A stretch of 24,498 bases of DNA, taken from Eledone cirrhosa. Taxonomy: Eukaryota. The DNA lies in the NCBI GenBank assembly GCA_964016885.1, contig CAXHJY010000911.1:1-24498 (forward strand). The letters run 5' to 3'. Shown in pieces: positions 10,372 through 20,844 of this stretch (positions are counted from its first letter, which is position 1; each line of letters opens with the position of its first letter). The position numbers and the translations under genes are program-made. The notes below the pieces were generated by a model. The model searched no databases. It was not told where the DNA came from and saw only the letters and a list, made by a program, of their open reading frames with translations.

Positions 10372-10460
10372 ATGAAGGTCAGCTAAAAAGTTTACAATAG
10401 GCTAACCAAGATACTCTCATGGAATGACCAAATGAGCATTATTTTTTCAACATAGTCCCT
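10372..10460 (+). mobile_element. Possible mariner-type transposon left-end remnant
   Basis: atgaaggtcagctaaaaagtt...atttttcaacatagtccc resembles mariner termini as I recall them (TA-CGAGGG..CTGAAAAGTT...TTTTCAACATAGTC). No partner TIR is visible. Confidence 0.45.
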
Positions 10461-10495
10461 GGAAAGAACTAATGCACTTATTAATAAGAAAAAGT

Positions 10496-10979
10496 TGGAA
10501 TTAGTGACTGCAAGATTTCACAGCTCTAGCATCACTCGTTCATAGTCAAACTATGAACTTTTCTATGTGTGTGTACACACACTCATACAGACATGTACAT
10601 ATATACATTGACAGCTGCTTTTCTAAAATATGTACAACACACTTCAGTCATGGTTATGATAGTACAAACTACTATGTTTGGAATTAATGCCTGCAAGATC
10701 TCACAGCTCTAGCATCACTCGTTCATAAACAAACTATGAACATTTCTACCCACCCTCGTGAATGTATGTGTGTATACATGTATAAATAAATATATATGTG
10801 TGTGTGTATGTATGTATATATATATATATATATATAATCATCATCATCATCATCATATATATATATGTGTGTGTGTGTATGTATATATATATGTGTGTGT
10901 GTGTGTGTGTATGTATATATATTTATATATATGTGTGTGTGTGTGTGTATGTATATATATATATGTGTGTGTGTGTGTG

Positions 10980-11018
<39 letters not shown>

Positions 11019-11047
11019 ATGTATATATATATATATATGTGTGTGTG

Positions 11048-11102
<55 letters not shown>

Positions 11103-11173
11103 ATATATATATATGTGTGTGTATATATATATATGTGTGTGTATACATATATATGTGCGTGTATGTACATATA

Positions 11174-11204
<31 letters not shown>

Positions 11205-11215
11205 GTGCGTGTATG

Positions 11216-11258
<43 letters not shown>

Positions 11259-11329
11259 TGACAGTTGCTTTCTAAACCATACAAGACACTCCAGTGATGG
11301 GTTATAATAGTACAAAATACTATGTTTAT
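10496..11329. repeat. Tandem duplication of a ~183-bp unit; the second copy has its internal microsatellite expanded to ~500 bp
   Basis: ttggaatta.tg.ctgcaagat.tcacagctctagcatcactcgttcata occurs at 10496 and 10678. tgacag.tgcttt...atagtacaaa.tactatgttt occurs at ~10609-10679 and ~11259-11328. Confidence 0.9.
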
Positions 11330-11422
11330 AAATACATAAATAGTAGAGAGAAAATGTGAAATAGATAGACACATAGCTGAGATGAATCAGTAAGCACACC
11401 CTGAGTACACTCACACACAGCT

Positions 11423-11714
11423 GGTGGTGGTGGTGGTGGTGATATGGGTGGTGGTGGTGGTGGTGGTGGTGGTGATATGGGTGGTGGTGGTGGTGGTGGT
11501 GGTGGTGGTGATATGGGTGGCGGTACGGGTGGTGGTGGTGGTGGTGATATGGGTGGTGGTGGTGATATGGGTGGTGATATGGGTGGTGGGGGTGGTATGG
11601 GCGGTGGTGGTGGTGGTGGTGGTACGGGTGGTGGTGGTGGTGGTACGGGTGGTGGTGGTGGTGGTACGGGTGGTGGTGGTGGTGGTGGTGGTGATATGGG
11701 TGGTGGTTGGTGGG
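11423..11714. repeat. (GGT)n microsatellite punctuated by gatatgg or acgg
   Basis: Directly visible G-rich triplet array. Confidence 0.95.
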
Positions 11715-11975
11715 CATACTGCAGAGTCTAATGCTGAGTGTGTATGTGTGAGGTGTGCTTACTGAAGTCTAATGATGTATATATATATATATATATATGA
11801 GAGAATATATATATATAAGAGAAAGAGAGAGAGAGAGAGGGGGGCATTTTTAGTGGGGTAAACCAGAACATTACCCCTATCAAAAAAAATAAATGCCATA
11901 TGCTAGAATTTCTGTGTATGATGTGTAGAATATAAATAGAGTTAGGAAGGTGAAACTGTAGAAGTGACTGAATGG

Positions 11976-12254
11976 CACACACACACACACACACACACTG
12001 AAACACACACACTGAAACACACAGACACAGAAACACACACACACACACACACTGAAACACACAGACACAGAAACACACACACACACACACACTGAAACAC
12101 ACAGACACAGAAAAACACACACACACACACACACACTGAAATGCACACACATATACACTGAAACATATATACAGAAACTGAAACACACACAGACACAGAA
12201 ACACACACACACTGAAATGCACACACATACACTGAAACATATATACAGAGACTG

Positions 12255-12288
<34 letters not shown>

Positions 12289-12352
12289 AAACACAGATAC
12301 ACACATTGAAATACACACACTGAAACAGAGACACACGCACATTGAAACACAA

Positions 12353-12358
<6 letters not shown>
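11976..12358. repeat. (CA)n-derived minisatellite with actgaaa punctuation
   Basis: About 14 repeats of (a)ctgaaa/cagaaa separated by CA runs. Confidence 0.92.
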
Positions 12359-12384
<26 letters not shown>

Positions 12385-12418
12385 TTATAAGCATGATGAT
12401 GATAATAATGATGATGAT

Positions 12419-12521
12419 TATCATCATCATCGTCGTCATTGTTTTTACATCTGCTTTTCTATGGTGTCTTTTTTTAAAGACATGTTTCACAACCAGATGC
12501 CCTTCCAGATGCCAACCATTT
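12419..12521 (-). mobile_element. Old, internally deleted RTE-tailed SINE fragment
   Basis: (atc)n tail, tttacatctgcttttctatg and ccagatgcccttccagatgccaacca are the reverse complement of the family motifs. Confidence 0.6.
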
Positions 12522-12569
12522 CAATTACCTCTTACAACAGATGGGGACATGGTGTACTTTATTCTAAAA

Positions 12570-12621
<52 letters not shown>

Positions 12622-12661
12622 TAGCGAGGTTTTTTATATGAAATCGTGTGTCGAAACACCA

Positions 12662-12689
12662 CTGACGATGTTGCAGATGTGCAACGAAA
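12662..12689 (+). ncRNA. Hammerhead core remnant lacking a normal stem III and cleavage site
   Basis: CTGACGA-t-gttgca-gatg-tgcaac-GAAA has both conserved boxes and a perfect 6-bp stem II. Confidence 0.5.
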
Positions 12690-12903
12690 GATTTATGTAC
12701 ATTATGTAAACTATATATATGTGTTTGTGTCTATATTGTATCTGTATCATTTTTGACCGTCGGTCAGTCAATGGCAACATTGAGGACCGAGCAAGTTAGA
12801 TCGCAGATATAAAAGACAGCGAGAAGCGAAAACCAACCAAACAGTGAGTGTGTTCTGTTATTAATTCTGGCAATATTACACAAATATGACCCTCCCCAAG
12901 TAT

Positions 12904-12987
<84 letters not shown>

Positions 12988-13258
12988 TTTTAACACAGCT
13001 CTCCATTTTTCATTCATATATATATAAACCTGATTAGTTCTATCATTGCTCTGGTATACATATTGTGTGTTAGTTTAGCCTACCACAATGTTCGATTTGT
13101 CAAGCGTTTTAAACGTATGTTATTACTCTAAGGACCTACCCTTATTGAGTGCTTTGCTAACTCATCATTTCATATAAGTAGGCCGAATTCACTTGCAAAC
13201 CACCAGAGATTCGATTTTACTGATTTCCAATTATATATATATATATATATATATATAT

Positions 13259-14025
13259 CTGTGCAGAGGATATACGCAGACTAGAGAGAAACGAAGCTTG
13301 CATGCTCCGCTGGATGTGTAATAGTAATATACGTGAACGACAAAGCATAAACGAACTAAGGAAAAAATTAGAAATAAGAGGGATCAGATGTTGTTTACTC
13401 GAGAGAAGGCTACGTTGGTATGGTCACGTGATGCGCATGAAGGACGATAGCTGTATAACAAAGTGCAGGGCAATAAAGATAGACGGTAACCACGGAATAG
13501 GCAGACCCAGAAAAACCTGGGACGAGCTGATAAACTCCGACCTCACACACTTACACCTCACCAAGACAATGTCACTGGACCGAGACCTTTGGCGGTACTC
13601 AGTAATAGAGAAGACCCGCCTTACCTAAATACAAAGTAAAACCTACTACAGTCAGTAGGCATCTCTAACAAAATACACCCCCGTCCCACCACCCCCACCC
13701 CATCCACACCGCCCCCCTTCTATGTAAAGTTATGTTGGTGCCACACCATCCAGGCCGAAACAAATGAGATCGTGTAGGTGTCACGACAAAAAAACACACA
13801 GTCCACGCTGTAATGTGGCCGTGTAGGCAACACGGTAAAAACCTCCCAGACCCACACTGTAAATGTGGTTGGTGTTAGGAAGGGCATCCAACTGTAGAAA
13901 ACCTGCCAGACAGTCCTATGCGAGCAAGACAATCACTCTTGCCTCAAGTGGGAAAACCCCCGTCCAAACCCATGCAAGCGTGGAACACGGACGTTAAACG
14001 ATGATGATGATGATGATGATGATGA
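13259..14025 (+). mobile_element. 5'-truncated RTE-clade LINE (family 1): ORF C-terminus, ~370-bp 3' UTR and (GAT)n tail
   Basis: ORF motifs MLRWMC...ELRKKL...RRLRWYGHVMRM...GRPRKTW...DRDLWR are typical of the RTE C-terminal region. Stop at 13626-13628. The tail is (gat)n at 14000-14026. Confidence 0.93.
13260..13628 (+). pseudogene. Uninterrupted C-terminal ~120 codons of the RTE reverse-transcriptase ORF (no RT core present)
   Basis: Track ORF 13302-13628 extends upstream in frame (CAEDIRRLERNEAC) to the TA run. Confidence 0.88.
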
Positions 14026-14206
14026 TATCTTCCTCTATTACCCACTCTGCTTCTTCCCATGCATAGAGTACGCCCGCCCCCTCCATCTCAGCACCGCAGA
14101 CTTTATATATATATATATATTTCACCTCCTTGGGTCGACCACTAATTACAACTCTAATCCACCTACCCAGTAACCACTGGGTTTTTACTCTTCGCTTTAT
14201 ATATAT

Positions 14207-14432
14207 ATCATCATCATCATCATCATCATTTTACGTCCGCTTTTCCCTGCTTTCAAGGGTGGGACGGGTCTTATTCAGCACAGCATCTCTCCACTCGTCA
14301 CGGTCCTTCGTCATCTCCACCGTGAGCTTCAGCGATCTGAGGTCTGTTCTCACCACGTCTTCCTTCAACTGGCATTTCCTGGCACTTCTTCACCCATCGG
14401 TCATCCTCCATGTGCATCACATGTCCATACCA
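14207..14432 (-). mobile_element. 5'-truncated RTE-clade LINE (family 2), internally deleted, with almost no 3' UTR
   Basis: Minus strand translates WYGHVMHMEDDRWVKKCQEMPVEG, then after a frameshifting deletion VVRTDLRSLKLTVEMTKDRDEWRDAVLNKTRPTLESREKRT*, immediately followed by (gat)n. Confidence 0.9.
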
Positions 14433-14462
14433 CACATATATATATATATATAAAATAAAATA

Positions 14463-14564
14463 CAGGATGTCCACAAAAAATGTAAACACACTTTCGTTAC
14501 CTGTACAGGCAATATTTATTAGAATGCTGTTGAAGTGTGTATATATATTTTTTGGGACACCCTG
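14463..14564. mobile_element. 102-bp Tc1/mariner-derived MITE with TA target-site duplication
   Basis: TA-caggatgtccacaaaaaatgtaaacacactt ... aagtgtgtatatatattttttgggacaccctg-TA gives ~31-bp imperfect TIRs. Confidence 0.88.
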
Positions 14565-15022
14565 TATAATAAGTCGTTTTGGTCTTGCCTGTTATCATAA
14601 TATACACACGCACACACACACACATATACGCAACTAATGAGCTGAACTAATTACTGGTATGAGGGAGGGAGACATCAGGCTACAGCCATTGTATTGAGTG
14701 GTTTCTATGTTGGCATGCAACGCCATTTGTGGCATAATTTGAAATGTAATGTCAAATATACCCTTTTGTTTTTAAATAAACAGAGAATATCAAATGTCAG
14801 AGGGAAGTGTTTACACCATAGTTTGTTTTGTCTCTGTGGACAGAAACTGGATAAATCTGACTGTGTATACCTCTGTCATGGAAAGGAGACTCACCTTCCT
14901 GTCCACAGAGAGATTTTTAACTGGTGAAAGGGGGACACTGGGAGTTGTCTCCCCTTCCACAAACCTTTCTCACAATATGTAACTTAGTCCGGAGGAGACA
15001 GAGTGAGAGAGAGAGAGAGGTG

Positions 15023-15614
15023 TCTCTTTCTCTTCTTCCTTCTCAATCTCTCCCTTTCCTTCACCTCTCCCTCCCACTCCCGCTTTCCTTGACCCCTTCC
15101 TCTCACTCAATCAACCTTCTCCCCTGTACCCCTCTATCTTTCTCCTCTCATTCTGTCCTGTCCTCTTTCAATTTTTCTCTTCTTGGCCCCTCCCTCTCCC
15201 CTAGACCCTTCCCATCTTTCACCCACCCCCCCTTTCTCACTCTGCCCACTCTCCCCTCTACTCTCTTTCTCCTCTCATTCTACCTCTGCCTCTTTCAATT
15301 TCTCTCTCTTTGACCCCTCCCTCACAATATGACCCCAACCCCTCTCTGACACCCTTCCCTCTCTCTCTCTCTCTCTCTTTCCTCTAGCTACCTTTCAATC
15401 TTTCTCTCCTTGACCGCCCCATCTCTCTTTTTCTCAGCCCCCCCCCTCCCTCCTATCTCCTTTTGCTCTTTTCAATCTTTCTCTCCTTGACCGCCCCATC
15501 TCTCTTTTTCTCAGCCCCCCCTCCCTATCTCCTTTTGCTCTTTTCAATCTTTCTCTCCTTGATCCCTCCCTCTCTTCCACTGACCCCCCCTCTCTCACAG
15601 TCTGCCCCCACCCC
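15023..15614. repeat. ~590-bp polypyrimidine tract with an internal ~72-78-bp tandem repeat (2.3 units, 15393-15562)
   Basis: tttcaatctttctctccttga starts at ~15393, 15470 and 15542. Confidence 0.9.
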
Positions 15615-15861
15615 GATTTCAGTGCTAATAACCATCATTTCAAGACAAAAATACAACAAATGAAGACAGACTATGAGAAACTACAAGCAAAACCTCTCAA
15701 CTCGGATATTGATGGGGAAAGAAATAGAAGAAGAAAGAAGAGAAAGAGAAACTATGTAATCAACAGGAAATATGCTTATCTCCTTTTAAACGTCAGGATC
15801 TGGAACATTTCAAAGACTAAGGAACTCTTGACTGATAATAGAGAACATCTCAACAAGTGTT

Positions 15862-15912
<51 letters not shown>

Positions 15913-15951
15913 TATACATACATAGACACACACACACACTATATATATATT

Positions 15952-15983
<32 letters not shown>

Positions 15984-15986
15984 CAC

Positions 15987-16033
<47 letters not shown>

Positions 16034-16355
16034 ATATATATATATGTGTGTGTGTGTGTATATATATACACATATTTATTTAAGTGATCCTGATTGAAGA
16101 AAAAAAAGAGAGAAAAAACAAAAAAAAAATATTGGATAGAGAAAAAGATAGGACTTTCGTTAACAATGATTTCTGTTGTATTGTCACAAAGTCAAGGTCA
16201 TATGTCTGAGAGGAGATGGGATAGTCAACTGACTTGATCTCAAAGGAAAAACACAAATTAAAAAAAAAAAATTAATTAGTGTCTTAATAAAGAAGTAATG
16301 TCTTTTGAAGGGTTTTGCTGAAAATGTCAGATGTCATAATTTCCCTTTTTTTTTC

Positions 16356-16511
16356 TCATGAATTGAGCCAGAGTTTTATTTTTATCATGAATTAATTGAG
16401 CCAAAGTTTTAGTTTTATCATAGATTGAACCAGAGTTTTATTTTATCTTGAACTGACCCAAGCTTTTATTTAATCATGAATTGATTCAGAGTTTTGTTAT
16501 TTGAACCCAAG
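16356..16511. repeat. ~28-33-bp degenerate tandem repeat, 5-6 units
   Basis: tcatgaattgagccagagttttattttta variants. Confidence 0.85.
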
Positions 16512-16513
16512 TA

Positions 16514-16655
16514 AAGGCAGTGGATTGGCATAGTTGTGGTAGTATCAGATATATACTTGGTGGTATTCGTTCCAGCTCTTTACATGCTGAGTTCAAATCC
16601 TGCTGAGGTTAACATTGACTTTCATCATTTTGAGTTTGATAAAAAAAAAAATACC
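16514..16655 (+). mobile_element. Degenerate tRNA-derived SINE, 3'-truncated
   Basis: ggcagtggattggca...ctgagttcaaatcctgctgaggttaacattgactttcatc. Confidence 0.82.
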
Positions 16656-16682
16656 GATATGAGTTATACGTTTATATCTCTT

Positions 16683-16863
16683 TTAGTCTATCTAATACTG
16701 CATTTTTTCACAAGGATTTGTCTACTAGTAAAGATACTGTAAACATTTGAATTAATAAACTGCACTAGCAAGACATTCTTGAAGTCCTTAGTCTAATACT
16801 GCAATTTTTCTCAAGGATTTGTACAGGAGTAAAAGATACTGTAAACATTTGAATTAACAAACT
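16683..16863 (-). repeat. Two units of the ~105-bp satellite, inverted relative to 4154-4815
   Basis: actagtaaagatactgtaaacatttgaattaa is the reverse complement of ttaattcaaatgttta(t/c)agtatctttactagt. Confidence 0.85.
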
Positions 16864-17166
16864 TATTTGTATATATTTTCTACGAGATTATTACAGAATG
16901 TTAAGAGTTACAAGAGGAAGGGGGGGGGGTATTCTTAGAGCAGAGCAGATGCTCTAAATGGCACTGAAAGGCCAATGAAGGCCAGTGAATGCCAGTGATA
17001 AAGACACCAAATTATAAACAGAATAGCAAAAATACAAAGAACGGCACATGTATAATATTAAGTGTTTTGTTAACATATTTCTAATGAAATATGTTGCCTA
17101 TGTACTTCAAAAGAAATTTGAAATTAAGCAAGAAATTAGAGGGATTTAGTAATATAGCTAACATTA

Positions 17167-17540
17167 CCAACTTTGCCTTTCATCCATTGAAGGTCGATAA
17201 AGATAGTACCAGTCAAATGCTGAGATCGATTCTTTCTCTATATCTCTTTCTCGCATCCTTTCTCTCACCCTCTCTAACCTTCTCTGGAAGAAATCTGCTG
17301 TATTCAGACCTGGAGAGAAGATAGGCTCTGCCAGGTTTTTGTAAATGACCCTAGAAATGCTGTATGTCAATATAGAGCCCCTAAGACTCCTTCGGGACTT
17401 ATGGCACCATGTATCATTATTGGTGTTGAGTTCAAATCCCACTGAGGTTAACTTTGCTTTTTTTCATCCTTACTCGATCAATAAAATAAAATACCAGTAA
17501 CATACTGGAGTCGATTAAATCGATTTTCCCCTCTCCCTCT
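17167..17540 (+). mobile_element. Composite: SINE core (17167-17232), module X (~17280-17427), SINE B-box and core (17428-17540)
   Basis: ctttgcctttcatccattgaaggtcgataa...; ttcagacctggagagaagataggctctgccagg...; gagttcaaatcccactgaggttaactttgc...gtcgattaaatcgattttcccctctccc. Confidence 0.8.
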
Positions 17541-20500
17541 AGTAGTGGTTGTGGTGATGGTGGTGGTAGTTGTAGTAGTACTAGCAGTAATAGTGGCAAC
17601 AGTAGTATAAGTAGTAGTAATGGTGGTTGTGGCAACACTACTAGTAGTGGTGGTAGTTGTAGTAGTACTAGCAGTAATAGTGGCAACAGTAGTATAAGTA
17701 GTAGTAATGGTGGTTGTGGCAACACTGCTAGTAGTGGTGGTAGTTGTAGTAGTACTAGCAGTAATGGTGGCAACAGTAGTATAAGTAGTAGTAATGGTGA
17801 TTGTGGCAACACTGCTAGTAGTGGTGGTAGTTGTAGTAGTACTAGCAGTAATGGTGGCAACAGTAGTATAAGTAGTAGTAATGGTGATTGTGGCAACACT
17901 ACTAGTAGTGGTGGTAGTTGTAGTAGTACTAGCAGTAATGGTGGCAACAGTAGTATAAGTAGTAGTAATGGTGGTTGTGGCAACACTGCTAGTAGTGGTG
18001 GTAGTTGTAGTAGTACTAGCAGTAATGGTGGCAACAGTAGTATAAGTAGTAGTAATGGTGGTTGTGGCAACACTGCTAGTAGTGGTGGTAGTTGTAGTAG
18101 TACTAGCAGTAATGGTGGCAACAGTAGTATAAGTAGTAGTAATGGTGGTTGTGGCAACACTGCTAGTAGTGGTGGTAGTTGTAGTAGTACTAGCAGTAAT
18201 GGTGGCAACAGTAGTATAAGTAGTAGTAATGGTGATTGTGGCAACACTACTAGTAGTGGTGGTAGTTGTAGTAGTACTAGCAGTAATAGTGGCAACAGTA
18301 GTATAAGTAGTAGTAATGGTGGTTGTGGCAACACTACTAGTAGTGGTGGTAGTTGTAGTAGTACTAGCAGTAATGGTGGCAACAGTAGTATAAGTAGTAG
18401 TAATGGTGGTTGTGGCAACACTACTAGTAGTGGTGGTAGTTGTAGTAGTACTAGCAGTAATGGTGGCAACAGTAGTATAAGTAGTAGTAATGGTGGTTGT
18501 GGCAACACTACTAGTAGTGGTGGTAGTTGTAGTAGTACTAGCAGTAATGGTGGCAACAGTAGTATAAGTAGTAGTAATGGTGATTGTGGCAACACTACTA
18601 GTAGTGGTGGTAGTTGTAGTAGTACTAGCAGTAATGGTGGCAACAGTAGTATAAGTAGTAGTAATGGTGATTGTGGCAACACTACTAGTAGTGGTGGTAG
18701 TTGTAGTAGTACTAGCAGTAATGGTGGCAACAGTAGTATAAGTAGTAGTAATGGTGATTGTGGCAACACTGCTAGTAGTGGTGGTAGTTGTAGTAGTACT
18801 AGCAGTAATGGTGGAAACAGTAGTATAAGTAGTAGTAATGGTGGTTGTGGCAACACTACTAGTAGTGGTGGTAGTTGTAGTAGTACTAGCAGTAATGGTG
18901 GCAACAGTAGTATAAGTAGTAGTAATGGTGGTTGTGGCAACACTGCTAGTAGTGGTGGTAGTTGTAGTAGTACTAGCAGTAATGGTGGCAACAGTAGTAT
19001 AAGTAGTAGTAATGGTGGTTGTGGCAACACTACTAGTAGTGGTGGTAGTTGTAGTAGTACTAGCAGTAATGGTGGCAACAGTAGTATAAGTAGTAGTAAT
19101 GGTGATTGTGGCAACACTGCTAGTAGTGGTGGTAGTTGTAGTAGTACTAGCAGTAATGGTGGAAACAGTAGTATAAGTAGTAGTAATGGTGGTTGTGGCA
19201 ACACTACTAGTAGTGGTGGTAGTTGTAGTAGTACTAGCAGTAATGGTGGCAACAGTAGTATAAGTAGTAGTAATGGTGGTTGTGGCAACACTGCTAGTAG
19301 TGGTGGTAGTTGTAGTAGTACTAGCAGTAATGGTGGCAACAGTAGTATAAGTAGTAGTAATGGTGGTTGTGGCAACACTACTAGTAGTGGTGGTAGTTGT
19401 AGTAGTACTAGCAGTAATGGTGGCAACAGTAGTATAAGTAGTAGTAATGGTGATTGTGGCAACACTACTAGTAGTGGTGGTAGTTGTAGTAGTACTAGCA
19501 GTAATGGTGGCAACAGTAGTATAAGTAGTAGTAATGGTGATTGTGGCAACACTACTAGTAGTGGTGGTAGTTGTAGTAGTACTAGCAGTAATGGTGGCAA
19601 CAGTAGTATAAGTAGTAGTAATGGTGATTGTGGCAACACTACTAGTAGTGGTGGTAGTTGTAGTAGTACTAGCAGTAATGGTGGCAACAGTAGTATAAGT
19701 AGTAGTAATGGTGGTTGTGGCAACACTGCTAGTAGTGGTGGTAGTTGTAGTAGTACTAGCAGTAATGGTGGCAACAGTAGTATAAGTAGTAGTAATGGTG
19801 GTTGTGGCAACACTACTAGTAGTGGTGGTAGTTGTAGTAGTACTAGCAGTAATGGTGGCAACAGTAGTATAAGTAGTAGTAATGGTGGTTGTGGCAACAC
19901 TACTAGTAGTGGTGGTAGTTGTAGTAGTACTAGCAGTAATGGTGGCAACAGTAGTATAAGTAGTAGTAATGGTGATTGTGGCAACACTACTAGTAGTGGT
20001 GGTAGTTGTAGTAGTACTAGCAGTAATGGTGGCAACAGTAGTATAAGTAGTAGTAATGGTGATTGTGGCAACACTACTAGTAGTGGTGGTAGTTGTAGTA
20101 GTACTAGCAGTAATGGTGGCAACAGTAGTATAAGTAGTAGTAATGGTGGTTGTGGCAACACTGCTAGTAGTGGTGGTAGTTGTAGTAGTACTAGCAGTAA
20201 TGGTGGCAACAGTAGTATAAGTAGTAGTAATGGTGATTGTGGCAACACTACTAGTAGTGGTGGTAGTTGTAGTAGTACTAGCAGTAATAGTGGCAACAGT
20301 AGTATAAGTAGTAGTAATGGTGGTTGTGGCAACACTACTAGTAGTGGTGGTAGTTGTAGTAGTACTAGCAGTAATGGTGGCAACAGTAGTATAAGTAGTA
20401 GTAATGGTGATTGTGGCAACACTACTAGTAGTGGTGGTAGTTGTAGTAGTACTAGCAGTAATGGTGGCAACAGTAGTATAAGTAGTAGTAATGGTGGTTG

Positions 20501-20690
20501 TGGCAACACTACTAGTAGTGGTGGTAGTTGTAGTAGTACTAGCAGTAATGGTGGCAACAGTAGTATAAGTAGTAGTAATGGTGGTTGTGGCAACACTACT
20601 AGTAGTGGTGGTAGTTGTAGTAGTACTAGCAGTATAAGTAGTAGTAATGGTGGTTGTGGCAACACTACTAGTAGTGGTGGTAGTTGTAGT
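17541..20690. repeat. 87-bp minisatellite, ~36 nearly identical units
   Basis: Unit is agtagtggtggtagttgtagtagtactagcagtaatggtggcaacagtagtataagtagtagtaatggtg(g/a)ttgtggcaacact(a/g)ct. The period is confirmed by 17641 versus 17728. Confidence 0.99.
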
Positions 20691-20692
20691 CA

Positions 20693-20843
20693 CCATCATC
20701 ACTTAACTTCCACCTTCCATGCTAGCATGGGTTAGACGGTTTTGCTCCATTTGATGCGGGAATGGTCGGGAGACTGTGTCTCTGGCAGGTTCTTTACAGC
20801 TGGATGCCCTTCCTAACACCAACCACATTTACAGTGTGGATGT
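20693..20843 (-). mobile_element. RTE family 1-like UTR or SINE 3' fragment between the arrays
   Basis: ttccatgctagcatgggttagacgg...ctggcaggttctttacagctggatgcccttcctaacaccaaccacatttacagtgtgg is the reverse complement of ~13852-14005. Confidence 0.88.
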
Positions 20844-20844
20844 C

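Noticed and set aside
10923-11765. His/Pro/Tyr-rich and Gly-rich ORFs resembling cephalopod beak or cuticle proteins
   Set aside because: They are translations of a (GGT)n microsatellite with single-codon usage, frame changes between blocks, no signal peptide, and run-on into TA repeats.
14924-15663. Leu/Ser/Pro-rich ORFs (and the mirror case at 1493-2086)
   Set aside because: These are translations of polypyrimidine and polypurine tracts.
15660-15866. Basic, NLS-like ORF start (MKTDYEKL...RRRKKRKR)
   Set aside because: The basic stretch comes from a GA-rich low-complexity run, the ORF continues into TA repeats, and no domain or splice donor is recognisable.
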